A stretch of 64,000 nucleotides of DNA from Podarcis melisellensis. Lineage: Eukaryota. Made by a program: the position numbers and the translations under genes. Location: assembly GCA_964234715.1 (NCBI GenBank), contig OZ174277.1; one strand, given 5' to 3'. The notes beneath the pieces were generated by a model. That model was not told the origin of the DNA. It worked only from the letters and a program-made list of their open reading frames with translations, and searched no databases. Positions 25,833-38,666 of the stretch are shown one piece after another. Numbering within the stretch: the stretch's first letter is position 1; each line of letters begins with the position of its first letter.

Positions 25833-26112
25833 CTGCCAACCTAGCAGTTCCCAAGCATACCAGTGAAGTAAATAAATAGGTACCGCTGCAGCGGAAAGGT
25901 AAACAATGTTTCTGTGCACTCTGGTTTCCATCATGGTGTTCTGTTGTGCCAGAAGCAGTTTACTGTAATCATGCTGGCCACATGACCCAGAAATCTGCCT
26001 GTGGACAAACACCGGCTCCCTCAGCCTCAAGTGAGATGAGCACTGCAGCCCATAGTCACCTCTGACTGGACTTAACTGTCCAGGGGTCATTTACCTTTGT
26101 ACCTTTACCTTT
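25833..26112 (+). mobile_element. Sauria/Squam1 SINE, 5'-truncated and older
   Basis: Diverged core ctgccaacctagcagttc and ACCTTT tail. Confidence 0.85.
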
Positions 26113-26123
26113 ATACAGGATGT

Positions 26124-26448
26124 CAGACCCTCCAAGGGTTCCTATTTTCCAGGGACAGTCCCGGATTTATAGAAGCCATCCCAGTTTCTGATTTGATCCT
26201 GGAATGTCCCGCTTTACCTTAGGATGTCCCTATTTTCATTAGAGAAATATTGGAGGGTTTGGAGATATCCAACCCTCAGGACATCTGAAGGCAGCCCTGA
26301 TGTTTAATATTTTATTATGTTCTTATATATGTTGAAGCTTCCCAGAGTGGTTGGGGCAACCCAGTCCGAAGGGCAGGGTATACATAGTAAAATTATTATT
26401 ATGGAATAGGACATTCGTATTTTCACAGGAGAAATGTTGGAGGGTATG
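26124..26448. mobile_element. Composite hAT-like MITE containing an L2-type tail
   Basis: TIRs cagaccctccaa / ttggagggtatg, with a second internal copy of the right end at 26231-26261. No clear TSD. Confidence 0.65.
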
Positions 26449-28616
26449 GGATTAAGGTTCAGGTCAGGAGAAGAGAAAGGCAGCAACTTCTCTTGCACTC
26501 CTCTTCCACAGTGTGTTAACTTACATAATGGGCTACGTAAAGGTCAAGTTACAATTTTGTATGAGCACCAAGAATTAAATGACTGCCTTTTTGGTGTTTG
26601 TTTCATAAGAAAAAAGGATGTTACAGATATAGTGAACAAAGGGATACGAAAAGGTGTAAAACAAGTAAAATAGTTCATGCAAACATTGTATCACAAAACC
26701 ACACACACACACACACAGAGGTTTAGAAGCAGAGGAAGGGTAAGTTACTCAGTCCACACTCTCAACATTCAAAGGGCTATTTGGATGAATGGCTAGGTTG
26801 AGCTGCATTCCAAGGTCGCTGGAGTACTTCACCAGGAACACAACTTGCAACCCACGCACCTCTTTTTTCATGCCACTGTAAATCTGCTCCAAACATATTA
26901 ATGGTGGCGTGGGAAAAGTGAACTGAGCATCTTCCTGTGAAGAAAGTACATGACCACAACTTGCTCCAGCTGTACTCTATCTCTATAACTTCACCAGACC
27001 AGCTGGGCTGTATGACTTTGTCTAAGACCCAGACCAAACTGAGACAATAATTTATGATATGCTAAGTAGACAGGAAGGGGGCAGCTAAAGGAGGGGTGGG
27101 AATCCATGATCCTCCAGATGGTGCTCAACTACAATTCCCTAACACTGACCATTGGCCATGTTGGCTGATGTTGATGGGTGTTGGGTTCAGAAGCATCTGG
27201 GGGCTTCTCTTCTAAGTTCTAAAGTGAATTGACCTTCCTCACATCAACAAAGAAAAATATTATTATGATGTAGCCAATCTTAATCTTACTCAGAGTAGAT
27301 CCAATGAAAATGACAGACATGACCATAAATTTCAGTATGTCTCTTCTGAATAGAACTTGGTTGGATATAACCCAATCTTCACCAGCAACAAAATCATACC
27401 CGTCATAGACCATAAGGACCTACAGCATGTGACAATGTAAAAATACAACTGATTGACTCCAAGTACCTTCAGAAAGTCAAGCATCTAAGGTTCATACAGA
27501 ATCTATATCAAATAATTGACAGCTCTTAGCCATCTAAACTAAATTATATGTTTTACCAGTTTTTTAAATAAGGGTAACTATATGGGCAACAACCTCTGAC
27601 TCCCTCATCCTATTTTTTACTAGAAGCAGGCAATCAACAATAATATTATTTGGTCTGCAACTATTTAGTGATCATGATAACCTTTACTAATCCCTTTTAA
27701 CCAAATGGTAGACTCACAAGCCAGTCACACTAACTGATTCTTTAGTTAAGAGTCGAGGTTTATCTTTGGTAAGTAGAAAAGTATAGGAGACACATTTAAC
27801 ACTAAGCATTTAACACTAAGGTGAGAAGGCCTTGGGTCAGTGATGTAGGAATGCAACAACCGCTAGTAGAACACTGCTGAATGATCCTTGAAATGTAATG
27901 TTTTGGCTGAATGACTATTGGGAATTTGGGGATAAGACAGAGATATACTGTGCTTGCTTAAGGCATTTTTCATTCATTTCATTGAGGATTGTACAGGAGA
28001 ACCTTCTGGTGAATTGTGCCCTATGTGAGTCAAGAAATGAATCACATGAAAGCACCAGTGTGATAAACTATTGCAGGGAAGAGGCTTCAAGGATAAAAGG
28101 TGACATTTTGTTTGCCCCTTTGTAAACACACTGATCCTTTGTTTTTGCTGTGGCCTTGTCTGTTAAAGTAAAGGAATGCAAAAGAAAAGTTACCATGCTG
28201 CAGTGTGGTATAACTATGGAACCAAAGGATACAACAACAAAATTGTGTGGCTTTGCAGAACACATTTGTAAAACGTATTATGCAAAAGCAGCATTATTGC
28301 AAACTTGTTTACTGATGTAGATTTTGAGAGGATTCAAACTTTTCTCAGGCTTATGCTAAAACTCTGGCGAGGAAAGCAAACAATAAGTAACATATTAAAA
28401 ATAATGACCTCTCTCTGCATTTTATTTTTGCATCCTTACTTTTTTTCAGGCGAAGGGAAAGGCGCTTTGGTAGACAGAGAAACCACACTGCATATCACAG
28501 TTAGTGTTGCAAAGTAAACTTTGGCACAACCCTCTGGGTTAAAGGCAGCGTATAGCAGTAGCATCCTCAGTTGTATATCTGATACAGTGATTGTGACTGG
28601 AGAACATTATAATGTA

Positions 28617-28839
28617 CAGTGGTACCTCGGGTTAAGAACTTAATTCGTTCTGGAGGTCCGTTCTTAACCTGAAACTGTTCTTAACCTGAAGCACCACTTT
28701 AGCTAATGGGGCTTCCCGCTGCCACGCCGCCGGAGCACGATTTCTGTTCTCATCCTGAAGCAAAGTTCTTAACCCAAGGTACTATTTCTGGGTTAGCGGA
28801 GTCTGTAACCTGAAGCATCTGTAACCCGAGGTACCACTG
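28617..28839. mobile_element. pogo/Tc1-mariner-type MITE
   Basis: Perfect 18-bp TIR CAGTGGTACCTCGGGTTA with TA duplication. Confidence 0.93.
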
Positions 28840-29548
28840 TATATTTGAAAGTCCTCTGGTCACGGAGATATATCATATGGAACAGCAGCAGACAGTGCAG
28901 TAGAATGGGTGGAGCTGTGTTGCTCTGGTTATCAAGAAGGAGCAAGTTAGTGGGGAGCATGACCCGGGGACAGGGGTCAGGAGAGCCCCACCCATCCTAA
29001 CCTGCCAGTCATTAGTGATACAGGGTATACCAAAGCTTACTTTGGTATTTATTCAGGGACATAAAAAACTTTAGTTGTTTTCTAAGTTTTCTGATTGAGA
29101 TGCGTTTCAGACTTTTGCACAAATAAAAATTGGGAACCAACTTCTAAAGAAGAGCATTTGATTTTGCCATTGAAATACATTGCTTAACTTTCCCTGGATC
29201 ATTTCCATGGTTTCCATGGAATATTACACCCTTGTAACTTGTAATACATGAAAAATAGTTTCAGATTTTAATATACTGTTTTTAGAATCTTTCTGTAGAA
29301 TTTCCTGTCTCAAGTGTTGAGGGGGACATCCCAAAGTTATGAGGCTTAAAGGTATTATTTCATAGTCAGCAACAGCTGCTCAAAATTTATTTCTGAAGAA
29401 GGAAGACAGGCACGGTACACTCCCACTCCAATGGGTCCTCATGCATGAATCTTGAAGTAACTGGTTTGAAAATACTGAGGTCTGCTGTACTCAACTCCAG
29501 ACTCAAAGGGTAAAGAATAAGCCACGGTTATTTAACAATATGATCCCA

Positions 29549-29553
<5 letters not shown>

Positions 29554-29607
<54 letters not shown>
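29554..29607. repeat. (TA)n microsatellite, about 27 units
   Basis: Seen directly. Confidence 0.95.
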
Positions 29608-29613
<6 letters not shown>

Positions 29614-30098
29614 CCCATCTCCAGTTAAAATTAAAACTGAACCAAAAATGGATTTCCATTTTTAAAAATTACTGTGTGAAGTGGACCTTTTAAGCGATTA
29701 TTTGGGAAGACCTGTTCACAGAGTGAAAATGCTCACTTGTTCAGAAGGGCTTCATTCTGGTTTGGCTTTGTGGCATTCTTACATAACCAAATCTGATTGA
29801 ATACTTGGCAATATCATGAGGTCTACTCAGAGTGAGGGCAGTGCTTCCTGCTCACAAGCTGAATTGGGTTTTAGACATTGTGATGCAGCCAAATCTGATT
29901 AGTTGCATAGTTGCATGGCAGTGTAACATCATCACCATGCTACATGACCTCTACTTGGTTGTGACTGCCCGAGAAAGAAGTTTCTGTTTTAAATATACAT
30001 CAATGCTGCAGATCAGGGAAGGAAGCAACTCTGAATAAAAAAGCCAAGTGAGGTATTTTTGGATATACTTTTCAACTTCCCAATGTTTCGCTTTTGTA

Positions 30099-30220
30099 CA
30101 GGTACCCAACTGTTTTTGGACTACAGTTCCCACCATCCCTGGCCACTGGTCCTGCTAGCTAGGGATGATGGGAGTTGTAGTCCAAAAACAGCTGGAGACC
30201 CAAGTTTGAAAAACCCATTG
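30099..30220. mobile_element. Short palindromic hAT-like MITE
   Basis: 31-bp inverted arms at 30110-30140 and 30161-30191. Older copies near 4215-4350, 4845-4980, 11970-12100, 23435-23540, 27095-27205 and 52655-52780. Confidence 0.75.
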
Positions 30221-31426
30221 TAGAGGAAAATTTGGCACAGCCATATTAAGAACTGCTGATATGTGTCAAAATATTATTTGGCTGTAACAAAGGAAGTAAG
30301 GCAAAATACACACCAGAGCAGTATTTTTTATCAGGAACACCCAAGATGTAACAAAACAGAAAGCAAGCTAGAATTCTTCATAATCCTAGACGTTAAACAA
30401 AACATTGGAGGAGCACAAGCTGGCATGATAAAGTCACATCTGTAGAAACTATAATAAGGTGAATTCCAAGAACTGTGGTGCAGGCTTCATAAGATTACTC
30501 TCTGCTAGGTACTAAACAAATTTTCCTGGCTGACCCTCACCCCTATTTAAAAAACATTGTTGTTTGGACTTGTCTGTTGCAGATAAGCAAAAGCTGATTT
30601 CAGATAACATTCCTCATCAAAAAAAGTTCCTCCTTAAAAACTGTTTTATCTTCAATAGGCTTGCATAGACCTATATTACTCTCTGCTTAGGCAAGGAATT
30701 TGCAGTCTTTATTGATCTGAAAGCTAGCAGGTCAAGAAAAAAAAGAGGTCCCCCAAGAGCACAGGATAGCTACTACAAATTGAAGATCTTTTGACCAATA
30801 GCTCTGTACTCGACCATGCACATTATAAAACACAGGCATGTTGTTTTCAGAAAATGTCCTAAAAAGATGCAGCAACCTGGTTCAAAGCTTGACACAGAGT
30901 ACCAGGGAAGCCATTAGTAAATTAATTCTACAGACACCTAGGGCACTTCCAGGTGGGGGTTATACCTCACAAGTGGGTTTTTGTTGCTGCATGCAGGATT
31001 GATGTGCAAAAGTCCTCACATTTTGTTTGAAGCCCTAACATTAAGTACTGTGATTACAGTCTTCAAAGTAATCCCCCACGCACTGAGATTTTGAAAGAAT
31101 AGGTCCTCAGAATTGGTTTGTTGAAATTCCATATACCTCCAGCCATCAGTGAAATAGGTACACTTCCATCTTTTGAGCCACTGGCGGCGGGGGAATGGCT
31201 ATGTTGTGCTCAGGCGAGGAGCAAATGGAAGTAGGAATATGATCATACAGACGCTCCCACAGGATAATTAACTATGAACCCCAGCATTTGGCATCCCACT
31301 AAAACTTCACCACACCTAACAAACCAGTGACCCTCACTCCCCCCCCCAAACAACAACAACAACAACAAATCGGCAGTGACTGCAGAAGTGTAACAGGTGA
31401 TTTTATTTTACTAAACATGTAGACAG

Positions 31427-31795
31427 CCGGATGCGGGTGGCGCTGTGGGTTAAACCACTGTGCCACTTTGGCTTGCCGATTGAAAGGTCGGCGGTTCAAA
31501 TCCCCATGACGGGGTGAGCTCCCGTTGCTCGGTCCCGGCTCCTGACAACCTAGCAGTTTGAAAGCAAGCAGTGCAAGTAGATAAATAGGTACCACTCCGG
31601 CAAGAAGGTAAACGGCGTTTCCGTGCGCTGCTCCGGTTTCGCCAGAAGCGGCTTAGTCATGCTCGCCACATGACCCGGAAAAACTGTCTGCGGAAGCAGA
31701 CAAACGCCAGCTCCCTCGGCCTTTAAAGCGAGATGAGCGCCACAACCCCAGAGTTGTTTGTGACTGGACTTAATTGTCAGGGGTACCTTTACCTT
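31427..31795 (+). mobile_element. Sauria/Squam1 SINE, full length
   Basis: Perfect 15-bp TSD taaacatgtagacag (31412-31426, 31796-31810). Confidence 0.95.
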
Positions 31796-32303
31796 TAAAC
31801 ATGTAGACAGTGCAAAAGAACGGTGTGCACGAGCAGTCTGGGCTGCATGTTCCTACGCCACTCAGAAGGCTGCACCTTTCAGTTCTGAACTGGGGGGATG
31901 GGAGGTTTTTAAAGGGGGTGCTGCACTGGTGATCCTGCAGCACTTTGGGCCACACTGTGCAAGTAGACAGCACAGATCACACAGAGGCAAAGTGGGCTGT
32001 GGGGGGTTCTCCTTCATTACCCCTCAACTCTCTCGCCGAAGCAAATCCTCCTTTGGTTCCCTCCCCCACAAACGCCGCACCATTGCACGCACATTTCCAC
32101 ACGGCACTTCTGCAATGCCCTCAGCGCTGCCTTTGGATTGCAATTTCCTGCTTCCCTGGGAAGCAGAGCCCAACCCCAGGTCAGTTGCCCACTGGAGGAC
32201 TAAGGCCCCCCTCCCTCTTTGCAACCCTCACCCCTGCCCCACCTTTGCCTTCAACTGCTTGCAACATCCCCACTTATTGTGCTTTCCACACCTTCTTTGA
32301 GTG

Positions 32304-32715
32304 TCTTCTTTCTTTCTTCTTTGGCAATCACTTGTAGCCAAGTAAGATTGTCTTCCATGAACACAACAGTGAGTTTGTAAGTGACTGTGGAGACCAATTC
32401 TGGATCCACACCTCCTTCCACAGTGGGGACATAGGTTTCCGAGCGGGAGTTGATCATGGTGAGGGTTTGCCAAACATGCTTTCCTCTTAGCTCGCTTCTC
32501 CTTTTCATCCTGAGTTCGAGTATCTTCAAAGTCCAGGACACCTTTGGTAAAGGCTGTTTTCCAACTGGAGAGCTCACAGGCCAGTGTTTCCCAATTGCCA
32601 TTGTTTATACTACATTTTTAAAGATTTGCCTTGAGAGAGTCTTTAAACCTCTTTTGCTGACCACCAGCATTACGCTTTCCATTTTTAAGTTTGGAATAGA
32701 GTAGTTGCTTTGGAG
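32304..32715 (-). mobile_element. RTE-clade LINE 3' end
   Basis: PKQLLYSKLKNGKRNAGGQQKRFKDSLKANL...CPHCGRRCGSRIGLHSHLQTHC with a (GAA)n-like tail. Confidence 0.88.
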
Positions 32716-33853
32716 TGTATCCTGTGGTCAGTGGGGCTCGCTGAGGATTCCCCCACCCCCATACATCCCGGTATTATGTTTTAGCACTGCAGCTGCTCCG
32801 GGGAGATTCAGGGAAGGGGTTAAAGGGGGGGCACATTTCCCAGATGGGAAAGAGCTGGAAACGCCTGCCATCTCCCTCCCTGTTCCCCTCGCTTAGGAGG
32901 CTTTTTGGCTGCTCACAACACACTCCCTTGTCCCTAAGCTCTTTTAGAGGTGGCAGTACACAACCCTGGTGGCAGCTATTTTTTTACTTGACAATACTTT
33001 TCTCTCAGCTAAAGTAAAAGCATCATAAAATTTATCTATTCAATACATGAATGATGAAATGCACGTCTTTCATTTTTAATTTCATACTCAGATCTTCCAG
33101 TTATTTCAGTTTGGGCATGCTTTCTTGGTTACTTATAAATGAAGAGTGGAGATCTCTAAAACTATAGGTTGCTTCACATATGGCATTTTTCTACATGGAG
33201 ATAGACTAGTAAGAAATTGCTGAACTGTGGTAACGGAAAAGCAAACACAGACGTGTCCCTTCAGCTTCCTCAAACAATGTTGTTGTTTAAGCAGGTCACG
33301 TACTGCACATATTTGATTATTTTTTAGCTTTAAGAGTTGGATTTTTTATGCTGCAGGTTGCTGAACAAAAGCACAGAGGGGAGTTCATTAAGGATATTTT
33401 CTAGAAAAAATTATAATCTCTATAATTGTTTTCCTTAACTGCTTAATCAACTGGAATACAAACCAGTTATGCTGGACAAATATAATTTATACTACGCCTC
33501 TGTTCAAAAGAATTTTTCTCAAGTTTAAAAATACATTTCACATAGAGAGATGCATTTTTAAATACGTGACTATATGTGAATTTAAAAGAAAAAGCTTTGA
33601 TGGAGAATGTTACCAGACCTCATGGAAATATCTTACTCTTTTGATTTCAATCAAATTTTGGTTTAAGCTTAAGATGAACCACATTAAGATTCTAGTCTTA
33701 ATAAATATTAAAAAATTTAGTGAGACTTACTTCCAAATAAATGTGCACAGGGCAGACTTAGCTAATCATCCACCATTTGGGGTTTTTTAATTATCTGACA
33801 CATCTAAACAGAACCTTCTACATTGGGCTGAGTCAGTCCAGGGAAGCTTACTA

Positions 33854-34670
33854 CAGTGGTACCTCAGTTTTCCAACAGCTTAGTTCCCAAAGAACTTGGA
33901 ACCCAAACCCTGCAAACCCGGAAGTAGGTGTTCCAGTTTTCAAACTTTGCCCCGGAAGCCGAACGTGCTCCTGAGCTGCTGCTTTTACTGTTGCGCAGCA
34001 AATTTGAGTCCCCCACATAGTAATTAAGGCTTTCCCCCTCTCATTTTACCCTGAAGCAGCAAATTTAAGTCCCCATCATAAATAAGGCTTTCTTTGTCCC
34101 GTTTTTACCCTTAAGCAGCAAACTGAAGTGTCTCCCCCATCGTAATGAAGGCTTTCACCCTTTCCTTTTACCCTTAAGCAGCAAATTTAAGCCCTGCCCC
34201 CATCATAATTAAAGCCTTCTGTTTCTGATTGCGCTGTTCTGAGGTGATATTTAGTGCTTTAGTTTTTGCTATTTTTTGCGTTTTTGTGTGGTTTTTTCAT
34301 TTTTGTGTCTGTGGCTTGTTTTCGTTTTTTGATTGATTGATTGATTGATTGATTGCGGAAATGGATAGAAGCCCGCCATCCAAACAATGACTATCATCAG
34401 TGCTGGTAAGGAAAAAAAATAATTGTCATTTTTATCATCTGCAGTACTGTCTTATTTATTTTATAGGGCAGAACATTGATTATTGCTTTCATTTTGTGGA
34501 TCAATGGTCTTGTTAGATAGTAAAATTCATTTTAAATTGCTGTTTTAGGGGTTGTTTTTTAAAGTCTGGAACAGATTAATCCATTTTGCATTACTTTCTA
34601 TGGGAAAGTACGCCTTGGTTTTGGAACGGACTTCCGGAATGAATTAAGTTTGAGAACCAAGGGACCACTG
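33854..34670. mobile_element. Long pogo/Tc1-type non-autonomous element with internal ~60-bp tandem array
   Basis: TIRs cagtggtacctcagttttc / gagaaccaagggaccactg, TA on the left only. Confidence 0.75.
33995..34220. repeat. Minisatellite, ~60-bp unit, about 3.5 copies
   Basis: Unit gcagcaaatttaagtcccc...taattaaggcttt...ttttaccct(g/t)aa. Confidence 0.85.
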
Positions 34671-35699
34671 TGTGTATAATTATCCCAATTTTCTCCACAT
34701 AAATACCTGGCCTTTTTTCCCAGGAAAACACTTAGGCATTCAGTATTCAGAACTCAACTCAGGGTTGCCATCCAGTTAGCTTTAACTAACAGCATCAGAT
34801 ATTCTACAATAAACATTCTTTAGCTTTACTTTTTTTTAATGGAACTGTGACCGTCTTAAACAATAAATATTGTAAATAGATTTTTGTGAAGATAAAAGTT
34901 GGATAAAGGCCTTAAGGTTGGATAAAAATGTGTGCTTATGTAATAAACAAATACATAAAATATATGCAAACTCAGAGGCACCAATACAGTTCCAGTAAGC
35001 TGTGTTGGGCACAAATAGTGGTTTCAGATAGTGATTCAAATGCCTACCTGCATACACACTAGCATCCATAACATTCAACCAAGTCCAATTTTCATTTGTT
35101 GCACACTCCTCTTGCTGGATCGGGGAAAACATCTGCAACCTCAGTGCTACAACACAGAATCTTGCAGCTATAAACTATTAGCAAGTAAACATCTGATTTT
35201 GATTTCTATATATGAGTGAAAACAGAATGTATGGATTACATTTATTAATACAGTAATCTAACGTTCTGTGGGAAAAGTTATGACTTGTTCTTATTTACTA
35301 CCAAATTGGTGGGGAAATGTGAGTTAAGTTAAAATTACAGTTGAAGCCATTTATCAATTAGTCAGTGATTAATTGGTTGATCTGTTGATTACAGATTAAG
35401 TATACAGTTGTAATTAATCAGCACAGGCCATCTGAACTCTCCTGCTGCCACCGCTGTTACCTGAGTCTAAGGCTGATTCTCTGAAGGAATAATGCAAAGC
35501 CCACAGTATTATATTAGCAGAGGAGCTCTTCATATACAGGAAATCATTTTTACCCTGGGAGGCAGACTGCTTTACAGTTATATATAGAACAGAGAACAAA
35601 AGAGCTGATTTGCATGTTGTCCTATCTTTTAGAATGTTTGAGAAGAAAGGTCATCTTATGTATCAGTTACTGATTAAGAAATAGGAAGCAGCAAGCAAG

Positions 35700-36345
35700 A
35701 ATAAATGGGCAATAAAATGGGAAACCCATTTCAATGTAAGCAAGTGGAAAAATATGCATATTGGTGCAAAAAACCCTAATTTCACATATGTACTCATGAT
35801 GTCTGAACCGGCAGTGACAGACCAGGAAAGTGACCAGGAAAGAATCACTGAAGAAGTTGACGCAGTGTATGGCAGCTGTGAAAATGATGTACCAAGCTAT
35901 ATGGGGTCTTTAGGAAAGGGATTGAAAATAAAACTATCAGTTTCATAGTGTCATTATACATGGTATGGCCACCTTTGAAATGCTGTGTAGAGTTTTGGTC
36001 ACCACACTTCCAAAAGTTATTGTAGAGCTGAGAAAATGATCAGAAAAAGGCAACCAAAATGATCAAGGGAGTGGAGCAACGCTCCTATGAGGAAAGGTTC
36101 CAGGTTTTGTGTTTTCTTCAGTTTTGAGGAAAAGTGAGTAAGAGGAGACACAATAGAGTTGTTTAAAATGCACAGTGTTGAGAAAGAGGATGGCGAAAAG
36201 TTTTTCTCCCTCTTTCATAACAGCAGAACTAAGAGCTGTCCACTGAAGCTGAATGTTAGAAGATCCAGGAGAGACAGAATAAGGTACTTCTTCACACAGC
36301 ACATTGTGAAACTATGGCATTTGTTCCCACCTGATGCAGTCATTA
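35700..36345 (+). mobile_element. CR1 LINE fragment (RT C-terminal region, degraded)
   Basis: KWAIKWETHFNVSKWKNMHIGAKNPNFTY...DQE and R-YFFTQHIVKLW, both CR1 ORF2 motifs. Confidence 0.85.
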
Positions 36346-37041
36346 GTGAGTACTAGCAACCAGTGGAACTCCTGACAGTTCTAAGTGCTGATTACAGAGA
36401 GGGAAAAGGGTGGGCAAAGCAGTAGGGAGCTCAACATGGTGTGGCCACAGCACTGGATTGGGTCTGCCACTGCAAGAATGCAGCACAGCCTCTGCGCCCA
36501 TGCAGCCTCACCAGCTGCTACTGGATGAAGTGGTAGCTATCATATTGAAAGAAAAATCCATGGAAGATTTTGCTGGAGACAGTATGACTCTGAATACTAG
36601 TTGCTCCTCTTAACTGGATCAATTTCTCTGCCATCAGTCCCAACACCGTATCTTGGCACCTGTTCAGGAGCTCATTGAGATCTGCCTTAATACAAATCAT
36701 ACACATGATTTGCTTAATTGTGGCACCTGCCTAATTTTTTCGTCACCCAACATATTGTTTTATTATGGTATGCTTTCATAGCTTCATGTATTTCCTTAGC
36801 GTTTTGCATGTGCCCCCTTTTGAAAGGGTTAATAATTACTCACAAGCCCTTCGTGTTGCCTAACCTGCGTGGAACTACTACATATTCTATCAGTCAATAA
36901 GCACATCTTTAGCTTCTCTTAAGTTTTAGTTAAATAGGAATTAAACTCAAATTTGTGAACAGGAGGGCAGAGCACCTTTTTAATGAATGCAATTACATGG
37001 CTTTTGCCTTCTGCTTCAAAATGGTATGATTTGAATAATGT

Positions 37042-37222
37042 CATGGGCATTGCCAAGGCGGGCAGCCCCCACAATCAATAAAAAATACATAGCAAACTGA
37101 GGTTCTGCCCCCCCCCATCAAAAGGCCTGCCCCCCAACAAAAATCCTGGCCATAGCTGTCAACGTTTCCCTTTTTTAAAGGGAAATTCTTTTATTCCGAT
37201 TAGGATTCCTTGCAAGAAAAGG
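37042..37222. mobile_element. Two abutting truncated hAT-type MITEs
   Basis: The second begins catagctgtcaac at about 37151, the same TIR as 25005. Confidence 0.55.
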
Positions 37223-37726
37223 TCAGTAGATCCAAAGTGCAGTTGTTTGCATAATATCATCTGAAGCTTGGGTTTATTTATGCACAAAAAATAGGATTTT
37301 CCTGGAAAACAATCTTGGTTGCCAAATTAGATTTATCCAGTCTGACTCCCAATTTGATAAATCAGCTGTGTGGTATCACGAGTATGTGCCCTGCATTTTC
37401 TGATTCCTGAGTGAATGAGAAGGTAGGGGTGGAAAGACTGAAAAGAACAGTTTGCTTCAAATGGGGAGAACTCAGCATTTGAAGTGATAGACCATGATGT
37501 GGTTTGGGGAAACCTGCTATTCATCCCTGCATTTAAGTAAACATATAGGGTACACGGTGATGTTGGCATGTTTATCCATTATGTACAGACTTGTACTACA
37601 GCCAGCTGAGCTTAATTTTGGTGTTCATATTTGAAAGTTAGGAAGCCCTTTTGACACTATTGACTTTATGTAGTGACACATATGTTTGTTTAAGAGCACA
37701 GCAAATGACAATGAAAGCCTAACCAT

Positions 37727-37809
37727 CTATGTTCCTAATCCCGCTTAGGAGGAAGCCCCATAGAATTCAATAGAGCTTTCTTCTGAGTAAAGTGGGATTA
37801 GGAACATAG
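37727..37809. repeat. 83-bp palindromic MITE-like hairpin
   Basis: Perfect 16-bp terminal inverted repeat ctatgttcctaatccc / gggattaggaacatag with a central gaattc axis. Confidence 0.8.
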
Positions 37810-38424
37810 CCCCAGTGACAAACACTGCAAGTCAGCCTCAGGAGATAAGCAAGACTATTGGTAACTCCAGATCTAGACCATTGCTTTATTGGGGGGAAAA
37901 CACAAACTATACCAGAACCCTACACAATCTGAAAATGAAGGACAACGTTTCTAAAGTTTACTGAATACATGTAAAGAAAGGAACATGATTGGCAGCAGGC
38001 AATCTTCTATGAGAAGATTATTTTAGGAAAACATTCTTGGATAATATGAAGGGCAACTGTCTGGAATTTTGCTGCTGTTTTTGGAATACTACTGCTCTCT
38101 TCTTGTATCCTTCCTTCTTTCTCTTTCTTGCTTTGATCTCTTCATTGTTTTTATTGCCTTTTGTGTATTAGAAAAGGAAAGTAAAAAACAACTGGGGGGG
38201 AATGCATCCTCTGTCACCTACTTCAAGGGTTATAACTGCATTTCATTTCTGCAACTGGTTGAAATGTATAAATGGAGTGAATATTCAATTCAGTTTGGGC
38301 AGGGGTCTCCTGCAGTAAAATCATTCAGAAGTCACTTAGCTTTATCTAATATTCTAGCATTCAAGAACCTAGTCCCCACTGAGGTAATAAATCTGCACAA
38401 ACCTGTTTTGTATGTATAGTACTA

Positions 38425-38666
38425 CAGTGGTACCTTGGGTTAATAACTCAGTTGGTTCTGGAGGTCCGTTCTTAACCTGAAACTGTTCTTAACCTGAAGC
38501 ACCACTTTAGCTAATGGGGCCTCCCGCAGCCCCTGCGCCTTCGGAGCATGATTTCTGTTCTCATCCTGAAGCAAAGTTCTTAATCCGAGGTACTATTTCT
38601 GGGTTAGCAGAGTCTGTAACCTGAAGTGTATGTAACCCTAAGCATCTGTAACCCTAGGTACCACTG
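38425..38666. mobile_element. pogo/Tc1-mariner-type MITE (same family as 28617)
   Basis: TIRs, TA flanks and near-identical interior. Confidence 0.92.

Noticed and set aside
25258-25866. Longest ORF in the window (202 aa)
   Set aside because: Lies within a non-autonomous hAT, runs across its TIR into a SINE, and has no transposase motifs.
27793-27820. 14-bp perfect tandem duplication catttaacactaag
   Set aside because: Real but an ordinary slippage or excision-footprint event with no sign of function.
33995-34220. CRISPR-like repeat/spacer periodicity
   Set aside because: The 'spacers' are homologous to each other, the context is eukaryotic, and there are no cas genes. It is a minisatellite.
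36410-36706. Protein-like ORFs next to the CR1 fragment
   Set aside because: No recognisable homology or splice structure.
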